The notes under the pieces are model-generated. The model made no database searches and had not been told where the DNA came from. It saw only the letters and a list, made by a program, of their open reading frames with translations. The position numbers were made by a program, and so were the translations under genes. DNA of 38,086 nucleotides from IMG/VR virus record IMGVR_UViG_2061766007_000513; one strand, 5' to 3'. This document shows positions 1 through 9,300 of this stretch, one piece after another (position 1 is the stretch's first letter; the number at the start of each line of letters is the position of its first letter). This DNA is from an uncultured virus (IMG/VR IMGVR_UViG_2061766007_000513). Its lineage: Duplodnaviria; Heunggongvirae; Uroviricota; Caudoviricetes.

Positions 1-97
1 ACGGAACAAGCCGCCGCCGATCATAACAAAAAAATGATTGAATACATCACGGAAAAAAGAAAAAACAACAAAAATTATTGTAGATAAAAAAAGCCAC

Positions 98-126
98 TTG
101 TAAAAAAGAGTAAACTGTATTATATT
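98..126 (+). promoter_or_regulatory. sigma-A-type promoter
   Basis: TTGTAA(98-103)-17 nt-TATATT(121-126). Confidence 0.45.
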
Positions 127-143
127 TAAAAGGGGTTGACAAT

Positions 144-200
144 ATGAAAAACAGAACAAGAAAAGCAATAAAATATAATAGCATTTTAAGGACCTTTTAA
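144..200 (+). CDS. 18-aa basic micro-ORF (MKNRTRKAIKYNSILRTF)
   Basis: AAGGGGT RBS-like sequence upstream; lies between the promoter and a terminator. Confidence 0.3.
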   Translation: MKNRTRKAIKYNSILRTF

Positions 201-213
201 AAGGTCCTTTTTT
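188..213 (+). terminator. intrinsic terminator
   Basis: AAGGACCTTT-TA-AAAGGTCCTT followed by a T run. Confidence 0.7.
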
Positions 214-609
214 AGTGCAAATGGTTATATTATAACCCGNNNNNNNNNNNNNNCGCTTTTTTTCTTCCAGATAACTCTATAACATGAGGATATAAAGCAA
301 GCTGTAAAAGGTATATAAACCATTTAAAAAGATATTACTGTATTTTATAAGCAAGCCCGGCGGCGGGTCCTNNNNNNNNNNGTCGTTAATTTCTTCCATA
401 GCATAACCCTGAGCTTTCAGAGTTGCCACAGCTGTNNNNNNNNNNTTTCCGCATAGATGTTTTTGACTTTATGGATTGCATATTTCTTTATGAGTTNNNN
501 NNNNNNCGCTCGTGATGATAGAGAAGCTGAAACCATAAGAAAAATCATGAACAGACTNNNNNNNNNNCCAAAACAAAAACCACATCACAAGAAAACAGGA
601 GGAAAAAAC

Positions 610-1430
610 ATGGATTACACAATCAACTTGAATCAGGACTTAAACGGAATCGAACTAATTTTTGCAAGCAAGCCCGCAACGGCTATATTAGAAGCAATCA
701 AAAAGAATGGTTTTAAATGGAATAACAAAAAGGCTTTATGGTATGCAAAGCAGACCCCGGACCGCTTAACATTTGCTAAAACTTTAGGGGATGCAGAAAC
801 CACAGAAACCACAGGAACGGAAAAAAAGGCAAACAAGATAGTATTTGACAAGGAACTTTTAAAAAGAGAATATGGCAAGGCGTGGAGCGATCCCCACATG
901 GTTAAATATTGTATTGATAACCTCGCAAACGTGGCAATTCTGCCGAATGGTGACATTATAAGCATAGACAAACAAAGCATAGAAACCCGTTTNNNNNNNN
1001 NNNNNNNNNACGATGCCGCAAAAATGGCAGCCCACGCAAGAACAAGCACAGAATACTTTAAAAGTAAAAACATGAAGTATTTTAATAAATGGGTAAACGA
1101 TTTGCTAGAAATTCAAGAGCAGAAAAGTAATTATTTTGTTTTAATCCGTGACACTCACTATATAGGGCAGGAAAAAGATTGCAAGCTCCGGGCCTTAGAA
1201 TGGATTCGAACTGTTGATTTATTGGACGCTTGCGGCGGNNNNNNNNNNNNNNNNNNNNNNNNNNNNNNNNNNNNNNNNNNNNNNNNAGAATCGCAACCAA
1301 TGAAGAATTAAACATCATCATTGAGGCATACAAGCAAGCAAGGGACGCACACGAAAAAAAGGTTGACACTTATTTAAAAAGATACGGCTTGACAAAGGTT
1401 GATAGCTGGACATATTGGAGGGAGGCGTAA
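610..1430 (+). CDS. hypothetical accessory protein with N-terminal GFKW...WY domain (DUF3560/DUF5710-like, polyvalent-protein associated); spans N gaps
   Basis: AGGAGG RBS before ATG 610; NGIELIF.SKP...KKNGFKW..KK.LWY motif; C-terminus continues in the 1230..1430 frame after a gap. Confidence 0.6.
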
Positions 1431-1433
1431 AAT

Positions 1434-1864
1434 ATGAGCGCATGGATGGTTAGCAATGAAACATTAAGCAATATAGCCAATTTAATAGATATGTACAGAA
1501 TAACGGGATATAATAGTTTCGGGTATGATATGCCGGACGATTTAATGCGTATAGTTGGGAGCAAATCAGCAGAACAGATTTTTGAGATGCTCGCCAATAT
1601 GAATATAGACGCATTAAAACAACGCTATCCCCAAAGTTATGAGGATATGATTGGAGAAATTAGATATATATCCNNNNNNNNNNNNNNAGTGGTTTAACAT
1701 ATCACTATCAATTATTAAAGTCTTTACATTGTTTTATATATCAGTGCTGTGAAGGTTCCGTTCCTGATTGTGAATTATACCAGGCAATAGAAAAGTTGGC
1801 TACTCATTTATCAAACTACATTATATCAAAAATGCCCGAATATCAGACGGCAGAATGGAAATAA
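1434..1864 (+). CDS. conserved phage/MGE hypothetical protein; spans an N gap
   Basis: GGAGG RBS; MSAWMVS... continues after the gap as YQLLKSLHCFIYQCCEG...PEYQTAEWK*. Confidence 0.65.
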
Positions 1865-1979
1865 AAAAACAACCGCTTGCAATATGGAGCAAAAANNNNN
1901 NNNNNNNNNNNNCGGTTTTCTTGATTATAAAATCAAGATACATAACCACATCACACTAATATTTTAAGGGGGTTAATTT

Positions 1980-2200
1980 ATGGATAATTTAAACAACGTT
2001 GACACAATGGAACTTGCACAAACACTTTATAAAATGTCAAGTGATCTTGATTTTCTTGACTATGAGGAAACAAAAACAAGCACAATAAATATTATAGAGG
2101 AAACTTTATATAATTTAAAAAACTATGCTATTTTAAATCCGTCAGCAAACAAGGGACTTGCAATTCTTTTGACTTGCCTTGACACAATAGCAAGCCACAA
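1980..2200 (+). CDS. hypothetical protein, truncated by a 485-nt gap
   Basis: AAGGGGG RBS; open frame up to the gap. Confidence 0.5.
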
Positions 2201-3556
2201 NNNNNNNNNNNNNNNNNNNNNNNNNNNNNNNNNNNNNNNNNNNNNNNNNNNNNNNNNNNNNNNNNNNNNNNNNNNNNNNNNNNNNNNNNNNNNNNNNNNN
2301 NNNNNNNNNNNNNNNNNNNNNNNNNNNNNNNNNNNNNNNNNNNNNNNNNNNNNNNNNNNNNNNNNNNNNNNNNNNNNNNNNNNNNNNNNNNNNNNNNNNN
2401 NNNNNNNNNNNNNNNNNNNNNNNNNNNNNNNNNNNNNNNNNNNNNNNNNNNNNNNNNNNNNNNNNNNNNNNNNNNNNNNNNNNNNNNNNNNNNNNNNNNN
2501 NNNNNNNNNNNNNNNNNNNNNNNNNNNNNNNNNNNNNNNNNNNNNNNNNNNNNNNNNNNNNNNNNNNNNNNNNNNNNNNNNNNNNNNNNNNNNNNNNNNN
2601 NNNNNNNNNNNNNNNNNNNNNNNNNNNNNNNNNNNNNNNNNNNNNNNNNNNNNNNNNNNNNNNNNNNNNNNNNNNNNNNNNNNNAAATCATTAAAAGCCA
2701 TTTAAAGCCGTTTTTATGCTTGTATGGGTATTTATACCACTATTATATTAAAAGCCGTGTAAACGCCGTTTAAACGCTTTACAATGATATATTATCATTT
2801 GCGGCGGGNNNNNNNNNNNNNNNNNNNNNNNNNNNNNNNNNNNNNNNNNNNNNNNNNNNNNNNNNNNNNNNNCGGGTGTACGCTTAAAACCTCATATTTT
2901 GACATTTTAGGCGGGTTTTATGGTTGTAATGATAAAATATATCACTTTTAGAGAAAAGCCCCTTAAAACCCTTTTAAATGCGTTGTGTTAGACACAAGCC
3001 CAAAAAGCAGACACAAGCACAACAAGCCCGGCAAGGATCAGGCAATTATGAACAAAATGTAAAATCTGACCATTTTATCGGGATAAACCTGAGCAAAAAA
3101 AATTTTTCGGATTTTCAGCCAGAAAAAGTAAACATAGGGGGGTATTTTTTAGGGGCATTATAAATTTTTGGGGGATGTAATTTAGAAATCTGGTAGAAAA
3201 TCAGCACAAAAAAACTTGCGAAAAGTCAGCACTATTTAAGCAGAAAACGGGCATTATAATTTCAGGGCATCAGGAAGAAAACGGGCATTAAAAATCTTGT
3301 GAATTTTGAGTACATATTACAGGCAAAAAAGCACGAAAATGTGTATTCAAAATTCAGAAGAAAGCAGGATGGAAAAGTTGTAAATCTGCATCAGGATTTT
3401 CGAATCATAAGTCAGCAGAATTTTCAGCAGAAATTCCGGCATAGTCTGGAAATAAAATTCCTACGCATAGGCAATCGCTTATGTATCAGGTATTCAGGAA
3501 TAATGCTTGTCTAAATCCCGTCTAAATCCTGCCGAAATTTTCAGCAGTTAGACAAG

Positions 3557-3643
3557 AAAAAATAGCCCTTATCCGGCAAGACAAGAGCTAATGTGAAATG
3601 AAGAAAAAAGTGTTACATATGGGGGTAAAAATCAAACTGTAGT
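3557..3643 (-). ncRNA. putative ~85-nt small RNA
   Basis: Follows a consensus promoter; no RBS-led ORF seen; ends in TAGCTCTTGTC/GATAAGGGCTA hairpin plus T6. Confidence 0.55.
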
Positions 3644-3649
3644 ATAATC

Positions 3650-3678
3650 ATTATACGCAATCCCATTTTGCAAGTCAA
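3650..3678 (-). promoter_or_regulatory. sigma-A promoter
   Basis: TTGACT-17 nt-TATAAT on the minus strand. Confidence 0.75.
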
Positions 3679-3845
3679 GAGAAAACGCTTAAAAATGAGT
3701 AAATTCCGCATAAAACAAGGGCAAAATCGGCAACTTTTTTAAAATCAAAATTTTGGATTTTTGATTACAAACATAGGGGGGGTTGATTTTCGGGCATTAA
3801 AAATTTCGGCAGCCTTGAATAAAGAAAAACGTACAAAGAAAAACG

Positions 3846-3874
3846 TTGATTTTAGCCTACGGGTATGCTACAAT
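3846..3874 (+). promoter_or_regulatory. sigma-A promoter, extended -10
   Basis: TTGATT-17 nt-TACAAT with TG preceding the -10. Confidence 0.65.
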
Positions 3875-3880
3875 ATGATT

Positions 3881-3949
3881 ATTACAAAACTCCTTTAATG
3901 GATTTTGTGATGTGGTTAGGGTAGATGGTGATGCGTCTACCCATTTTTT
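3881..3949 (+). ncRNA. putative ~70-nt small RNA with anti-SD loop
   Basis: ATTACAAAA/TTTTGTGAT stem enclosing CTCCTTT; then GGGTAGA/TCTACCC terminator plus T6. Confidence 0.55.
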
Positions 3950-3953
3950 ATGC

Positions 3954-3983
3954 AAAAAAATAAGACCACATTCCTGTGATCTC
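3954..3983 (-). terminator. intrinsic terminator downstream of int/attP
   Basis: GAGATCACA-GGAA-TGTGGTCTT followed by A and T7 on the minus strand. Confidence 0.7.
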
Positions 3984-4041
3984 ACCACCATAATCAAGAG
4001 GAAACCTTCATACGGCATAAATAAGCCATTCCTCTCTCCTG

Positions 4042-4214
4042 TTTGGTTACACTTTGATTACTGTAATCAAATGAGTGTCCCGAAACCCGCATAAATACGG
4101 CATTTTTAACGGAGAAAATGGGATTTGAAGTCTAACTGTAAACCCATAAATTCTTGAAATATAAGGGTTTACACCGCATTTTCACCCGTATACATTTGAT
4201 TACACTTTGTTAAG
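4042..4214 (-). other. attP: core matching a tRNA-Ser 3' end (4110-4129) with arm-type repeats
   Basis: Minus strand TTCAAAT-CCCAT-TTTCTCC-G parses as T loop, T stem, acceptor strand and G discriminator; TTTG(A/G)TTAC(AC) repeats at 4042, 4053, 4063 (inverted) and 4195 flank it; adjacent to the int stop. Confidence 0.7.
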
Positions 4215-5381
4215 CCTGTCCCTAATCTCGGACACCTGCTCGTTGTTAAAATAATAGTACGTCTTTGTGGTGAGTATCTCGGTATGTCCCATCTGTTTTT
4301 CAATAACCTTTTCCGGCACTCCCGCATCTATAAGTTTCGTAGCGTAAGTCTTGCGGATTTTATGAAAACTCCTGTGGGGCAGATTCAACTCCTTGCATAT
4401 CTTTGTGATCCGTAATGATAACCATTTGGCTTTTATCCTGTTACCGTCACGGGTAAATATGTACTCGCAATCGCCCGTCATGGATTTCAGTTTTTCCAGA
4501 ATGGCTATGGCATTGTCAGATAACACAACCTGCCTATGACCGTCACGCCCTTTAGTGGATTCCCGCACATCTGCTATGCGTTCCCCATGCTCACCTATAT
4601 ATTTAATCTCTGTTCGTGAAACCGATAAAAAATCGCCCAAGTAGTCTGACCATTTAAGGGCAGCGACTTCGCCAACCCTTAAACCTGTGTCAAACGCTAA
4701 AGCTACACCCAATGAAAGTAAATCGGGATTATCGGCTATGTAATTCTCTATCCGTGTTTCTTCGTCTTTGGTAAATACCTGTTCTTCATCTTTAACTATC
4801 CGTTTTTCAAAGATTTTGTTTGATAACTGTAGTTCCGATAGAAACAGGCTTATCCTCATATCGGTATAGCCATGCTTACGGGCATATACCATAGCACCTG
4901 TAATCAGGGTTCTCATGTTACCCCAATTCTTAGCGGTCAGATGTTCTTCGGCAATCTTACTCTTGATAAAGTTTTCAAGATAGAGTTCATCAATTCTCTT
5001 AACTTCTTTCTTTTCAAGTTCCGTCCCATGGATATACCGCTTGTAGTCAGCCTGATACCTGTCATACGTTGACTTCTGTATCTCGTTGTATTCCAACTTT
5101 TCAGCAATCCATGATTCATAACATTCCTGAAACTTGATCTTAGGGTCTTTGTAAAATTCTATAATCGCATCTTCAAGGTCTGCCCTAACCCTCTTTGCTA
5201 TCAGCCTCCTTTTTCCGGCTACATCTACATAGGCTTTCCACCTGCCATCCGTAGCGTACCATATTTCTGTCTGGTCAAGAATTTTTTGTCTATTCATCTT
5301 TTCGTATTCTTGCCGTATGAAGGTGAAATCAATTATAGAACTGTTTTCCAAAAAATGCAAGAGGTCTTTTGCATCATCCAT
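4200..5381 (-). CDS. int: tyrosine recombinase (phage integrase)
   Basis: GLRVGE (R), TKG (K), HKIR (HxxR), MGH and C-terminal Y; ~390 aa; next to attP. Confidence 0.92.
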   Translation of the reverse strand: MDDAKDLLHFLENSSIIDFTFIRQEYEKMNRQKILDQTEIWYATDGRWKAYVDVAGKRRLIAKRVRADLEDAIIEFYKDPKIKFQECYESWIAEKLEYNEIQKSTYDRYQADYKRYIHGTELEKKEVKRIDELYLENFIKSKIAEEHLTAKNWGNMRTLITGAMVYARKHGYTDMRISLFLSELQLSNKIFEKRIVKDEEQVFTKDEETRIENYIADNPDLLSLGVALAFDTGLRVGEVAALKWSDYLGDFLSVSRTEIKYIGEHGERIADVRESTKGRDGHRQVVLSDNAIAILEKLKSMTGDCEYIFTRDGNRIKAKWLSLRITKICKELNLPHRSFHKIRKTYATKLIDAGVPEKVIEKQMGHTEILTTKTYYYFNNEQVSEIRDRLNKV

Positions 5382-6144
5382 GAGCAACACCCCCGAACAT
5401 CAAATGGTTGTCTTGCCTCCAATAAGTGTTTCCGCCCCTTTTAACTTTGCCAAGAACTTCTAAACGGGTCTGATAGCACTTTGAGCAAACCTTTGCATCC
5501 ATATCCAAAGGATCACCGCAGACATAACATAACCCGTATGACACTCTTTCGGAACGTCTTATAGTTCCTATAACCTTTTTGTTGTATTTCCGTCTTTCTT
5601 TGTATCTGTGCTTATCCAGACAACTCTGACAGAAAACTCTGCCCTCAATCACCTTGTTTTTACCGCACTGATAACATATCCCCTGTTCTTTTAAGCGTTC
5701 CCGTCTTTCCTTTGCGTAATTCTTCGCCCCACCATAATTCTTTTCAAGGGATTGCTTTACGCCTTCGTTCTTTTTGATAGCACACTCTGGACATANNNNN
5801 NNNNNTCCCTGTTCCTTTAAGCGTTCCCGTCTTTCCTTTGCGTAATTCTTCGCCCCACCGTAATTCTTATTAAGGGATTGCTTTACGCCTTCGTTCTTTT
5901 TGATAGCACACTCTGGACATATTTTCTCGTCACCGAAAAGAGTGTTAGTCTTGCAATAGTAACATATCTTATGTGCTTTATACCAACTTCGCTGCATGGC
6001 TGTATAAGCACTTGCGATCTTCGCACATTCCTCACAATACACTTTTCCGTCAACTGTCGCTTTACGTCCGCAACGGGTACATAAGCCGTTTTTCTTCTTC
6101 TCATTTCGCCATGCCTTGTTTTTTGCTGAATCTTTCATTATCAT
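5374..6144 (-). CDS. multi-CxxC zinc-ribbon basic protein (internal duplication across a gap is likely an assembly artefact)
   Basis: Repeated CxxC...CxxC units. Confidence 0.7.
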   Translation of the reverse strand: MIMKDSAKNKAWRNEKKKNGLCTRCGRKATVDGKVYCEECAKIASAYTAMQRSWYKAHKICYYCKTNTLFGDEKICPECAIKKNEGVKQSLNKNYGGAKNYAKERRERLKEQGXXXXCPECAIKKNEGVKQSLEKNYGGAKNYAKERRERLKEQGICYQCGKNKVIEGRVFCQSCLDKHRYKERRKYNKKVIGTIRRSERVSYGLCYVCGDPLDMDAKVCSKCYQTRLEVLGKVKRGGNTYWRQDNHLMFGGVAHG

Positions 6145-6202
6145 TGTCAGGGGTATAACCTCGGTTTATTCGTGTACACAACTACCCTATGCCCCTTCCT
6201 GA

Positions 6203-6769
6203 TTATTTTTTCAAGTTTACATAGTATTCATATTCTTCTCTTGTAAGTTGTTTCCATTTGTAGCCATGTGTTTTCTTTCTCTTGCCGATAACACAATCAT
6301 GAATATGTGCAGTTTTAAAATTGTTTAATCTTCTTGCCTCAACCTGACTTGAATAGACATTTAATATATTTCCTTCGGAATCCAATTTTGCTACAGGACA
6401 ACAATATATTAGTCCATCATTAATAGCCTGTGTCATATTCTCCGAAACTGTACCCCAATAAAGGTTTTCAACGCTACAGTTCAACTTATTATTATCTTTG
6501 TGACACACACATTTTTTGTTTTCAGGATTATCCAAAAAGGTCAATGCAACCAATCTGTGTACTGTACAAACAATGCCTTTTTCATTGTCATTATACAATG
6601 ATACCCACTTGTACCCACGGACATTGACCATTGGATGTAATAGTATCGGTTCTTCAAATATAATTTTATGATGATGCCGATACCTGTACATAGATAAGAT
6701 GTTTCCTTCTCGGTCAATTAAATATTTCCCGTCAAATCCCGCAATCGGTTTAAACTCACTAATATCCAT
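6203..6769 (-). CDS. NUMOD4-HNH homing endonuclease
   Basis: FKPIAGFDGKYLI (NUMOD4), VHRLVALTFL...CHKDNNKLN..VENL, NUMOD1-like C-terminus; GGAGG RBS. Confidence 0.88.
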   Translation of the reverse strand: MDISEFKPIAGFDGKYLIDREGNILSMYRYRHHHKIIFEEPILLHPMVNVRGYKWVSLYNDNEKGIVCTVHRLVALTFLDNPENKKCVCHKDNNKLNCSVENLYWGTVSENMTQAINDGLIYCCPVAKLDSEGNILNVYSSQVEARRLNNFKTAHIHDCVIGKRKKTHGYKWKQLTREEYEYYVNLKK

Positions 6770-6837
6770 ATATTTACCCTCCATAAATGATGTTACTGTT
6801 GTTATCATCTATGAAATGGGTACTGACGTATATCTGG

Positions 6838-7083
6838 TTATTTATCTAACCCAAACACCTTATCATACCGTCTGCTACATCCGTATGAACACAAATACAA
6901 TAACGCTGTTGCTTTCTGCTTAATCCTACGTTTGAATACCCAATCACCTAAGCTTGTAATGTAAAACATCTTTCCGCAAATCGGACACTCAAACCTGACT
7001 AATCCACCCTCCCATTCACCCTTGTTCGGCTTTTTGCATCTGCCTTTAATCGCTACAATTTCTTCTAACGTTAAATCAGCCAT
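6838..7083 (-). CDS. small zinc-finger protein
   Basis: CPICGK...CSYGC. Confidence 0.65.
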   Translation of the reverse strand: MADLTLEEIVAIKGRCKKPNKGEWEGGLVRFECPICGKMFYITSLGDWVFKRRIKQKATALLYLCSYGCSRRYDKVFGLDK

Positions 7084-7537
7084 TCTTCATCTGCTCCTTT
7101 TCAGACTTCATCATGAGTTTTAGGAAGTGCATCCAACACTCATAATTACTAACCTTGCCACAATGTTCTTCGCACCACCCGATACCATTTTTAGGATCAG
7201 CCGAATTGCAAAAGTCATAAGCATCCACATCATCAAATTCATGCTGACAGGGAGCTTCAAAATACTTCGCTATCAATTTTATAATATGTTCAGCGTCCTT
7301 ACTCATTCTGCCATCAGAATAAAATCTGCGTTCCTGTTCAAAGTGTTTTTTCAACCAATCAACCCGGTAAGTAACATAATCCTTGCACCTATGCTTAACC
7401 GTTCCCTTGTCAAATACTATGACTTCTTTATCTTCGTAATCCTGTTCATCATCTTCTGGCGGTTCAGGCGGGTCAGGTATATGCCCGAACTTACCGCTAT
7501 AAAAGTTCCCCATATCAATAATCCCGTATGTACTCAT
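7076..7537 (-). CDS. hypothetical protein
   Basis: Start and stop coupled to neighbours; GGAGG RBS. Confidence 0.65.
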   Translation of the reverse strand: MSTYGIIDMGNFYSGKFGHIPDPPEPPEDDEQDYEDKEVIVFDKGTVKHRCKDYVTYRVDWLKKHFEQERRFYSDGRMSKDAEHIIKLIAKYFEAPCQHEFDDVDAYDFCNSADPKNGIGWCEEHCGKVSNYECWMHFLKLMMKSEKEQMKNG

Positions 7538-7764
7538 TCGTCCTCCACCTCGTCTTTCATATTAAAAAGCATTTCCCTGAATTTCGGATAATCCTCAACC
7601 TGTTTCACCAATTCGGCATAAGTATGGATGTTTCTAAATCCCGTATGTAAAACCATCTTTCCGCTGCTATCATGGATTGCAAATGACGATTTTCCGTACA
7701 GGACACCTGTATATCCGTTTTCGGATGTGTATTTAATAACTGTATATTTGTCTTTTTTAGGCAT
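7534..7764 (-). CDS. hypothetical protein
   Basis: AGGTG RBS before ATG 7764. Confidence 0.6.
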   Translation of the reverse strand: MPKKDKYTVIKYTSENGYTGVLYGKSSFAIHDSSGKMVLHTGFRNIHTYAELVKQVEDYPKFREMLFNMKDEVEDE

Positions 7765-8073
7765 CTGTATCACCTGCCTTTGTCGTTCTGACACTTCCAT
7801 ATGGAGCGTTCCAATCTTCTTTACTAATAGTCACCTCTACATTTGCACCATAGTATTCTATNNNNNNNNNNGTTTCGCCATGCCTTATTTTTTGCTGAAT
7901 CTTTCATTATCATTGTCAGGGGTATAACCTCGGTTTANNNNNNNNNNGTCACCATTTGTGGCATCATCTGGGAGTAAAATCCCTTTTAATACTGCTTCTT
8001 CAATAATGTTTATATTATTATCCGAATAGAATCTAAATACCTCATTTGGTATGTTAGTTATTACTATTGCCAT
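7757..8073 (-). CDS. hypothetical protein, paralog of 8054..8368, interrupted by a misplaced scaffold fragment (7862-7947)
   Basis: Shares ATNGD and W..PY...KAGDTD motifs with the upstream gene. Confidence 0.55.
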
Positions 8074-8368
8074 CTGTATCACCTGCCTTATATGGAGATT
8101 CCCACCAACTCTTGTCAAAATCACAAACCGAATCTATTCCATTGTGCATACAAACATATTCTTGACCATCTACTGTCAAAATACCCTCTTGATATAGTGC
8201 ATTAGAGAATACTGTTTGTATCACATCACCATTTGTGGCATTGTTAGGAAATGGTGTTCCGTTCATTACTGCATCAACAAGTGTCACTCTGTCCTTTATC
8301 CTCGCTCCGAAACTACCATCTTTTAGGTGTTCTATAACGCTTTCTGGTATATCAATTACTAATTTCAT
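8054..8368 (-). CDS. hypothetical protein
   Basis: GGAGGTG RBS; coupled to neighbours. Confidence 0.65.
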   Translation of the reverse strand: MKLVIDIPESVIEHLKDGSFGARIKDRVTLVDAVMNGTPFPNNATNGDVIQTVFSNALYQEGILTVDGQEYVCMHNGIDSVCDFDKSWWESPYKAGDTDGNSNN

Positions 8369-8553
8369 TCACTCACCTCCACTCGGCCATGCTCTAATAT
8401 TTCAGATATTGCTTCAAGATTTTCTATAATCTCTCCCATATTTCCGGCTTCATATTGAGTAGGACAATTTTCATCACATACTTTGCCACTTACTTCACAT
8501 TTCATACAAGTGATTAAATGCTTTAATTTTATGTTTCTCTCTTCTGCTGTCAT
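8365..8553 (-). CDS. small Cys-containing hypothetical protein
   Basis: AAGGTGAGTGAATG coupling. Confidence 0.55.
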   Translation of the reverse strand: MTAEERNIKLKHLITCMKCEVSGKVCDENCPTQYEAGNMGEIIENLEAISEILEHGRVEVSE

Positions 8554-8777
8554 TCACTCACCTTCCTTTTCAGATTTGCGACAAGGATTTTCTTTTGAAA
8601 TCTCTGTAATACTTTGTCATACTCTTTATCCGTCAAGCACCCATGAATCCATAAACACGTCAAGCCTTTGCCAACTTCCTCTATCCATTCAGCCTTATCT
8701 CCAAGTGTAAATCCCTGTGCATTAGCCTGTTCTTCATAAGTAGGCGATAATGCACCATGATGAAATCCTATTGTCAT
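8550..8777 (-). CDS. hypothetical protein
   Basis: ATGA overlap with the upstream gene. Confidence 0.6.
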   Translation of the reverse strand: MTIGFHHGALSPTYEEQANAQGFTLGDKAEWIEEVGKGLTCLWIHGCLTDKEYDKVLQRFQKKILVANLKRKVSE

Positions 8778-9007
8778 TCGCTCACCCCGATTTCTATTTC
8801 CTCGTTCCAATAATCCTTAATTGCATCTGTAACGTGACCAACAAAATCACAGCTTTGTTCTTCGTAATCAAGAACAAAAAGCAAGGGGCATTTATCATCA
8901 CACGCTATTTCGTACTTTTTGTATTTCTTACAAATAGCGGCTTTCTGTTCTTCCGTCAGCAGCTTACGTTGTATTTTTTTCGGTTCAACTCTGGCTATCT
9001 CGATCAT
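8774..9007 (-). CDS. hypothetical protein
   Basis: Operon continuity. Confidence 0.55.
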   Translation of the reverse strand: MIEIARVEPKKIQRKLLTEEQKAAICKKYKKYEIACDDKCPLLFVLDYEEQSCDFVGHVTDAIKDYWNEEIEIGVSE

Positions 9008-9299
9008 TGTTATCACCATCCAATCTTTCTTTCAGCCTGTAAATCTTATATCTACGTCCACTTTCGCTGCTACCATAGACCAATTTCATCTGGTCAAGCA
9101 TTATCTGAACATCCTCGATTTCCTCAACAATGTTTCCGACTAAATTGTTTCCGCAAGTCTTATCCCCATGCTGACTTCTTCGATATTTCAGCAATGCCTT
9201 TGTAAGTTCTGACATTTCCTCGATAGCCATATCTGTTTGTGCTTCTGCCCCGTAACGTTCTATGGCTAATCCGAGGATTTCTTTTTCTGAATCGGTCAC
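8985..9299 (-). CDS. MazG-like nucleotide pyrophosphohydrolase
   Basis: YG..AQ..MAIEEMSEL.KAL.K...EEIEDV motif. Confidence 0.75.
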   Translation of the reverse strand: MTDSEKEILGLAIERYGAEAQTDMAIEEMSELTKALLKYRRSQHGDKTCGNNLVGNIVEEIEDVQIMLDQMKLVYGSSESGRRYKIYRLKERLDGDNNDRDSQS

Positions 9300-9300
9300 G

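Larger units (their letters stand above)
3130..3806. repeat. dispersed AAACATAG(6-7)...GGGCATTA repeats
   Basis: ~38-bp unit at 3130-3167 and 3769-3806; GGGCATTA also at 3249 and 3283, GGGCATCA at 3265. Confidence 0.6.

Noticed and set aside
457..609. N-terminal extension of ORF 457..1311
   Set aside because: Made of unrelated gap-separated fragments including a recT copy; the real start is ATG 610 with AGGAGG.
5681..5920. Internal tandem duplication in the zinc-ribbon gene (likewise 20445-20733 in the ATPase)
   Set aside because: Copies abut a 10-N gap and differ by few SNPs: overlapping contig ends, not real repeats.
7872..7937. Near-identical repeat pairs (7872-7937 vs ~6103-6168; 446-496 vs recT; 10403-10496 vs 13000-13095) as DGR template/variable repeats
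   Set aside because: No reverse transcriptase in the window, differences are not clearly adenine-specific, and all extra copies are gap-bounded fragments.
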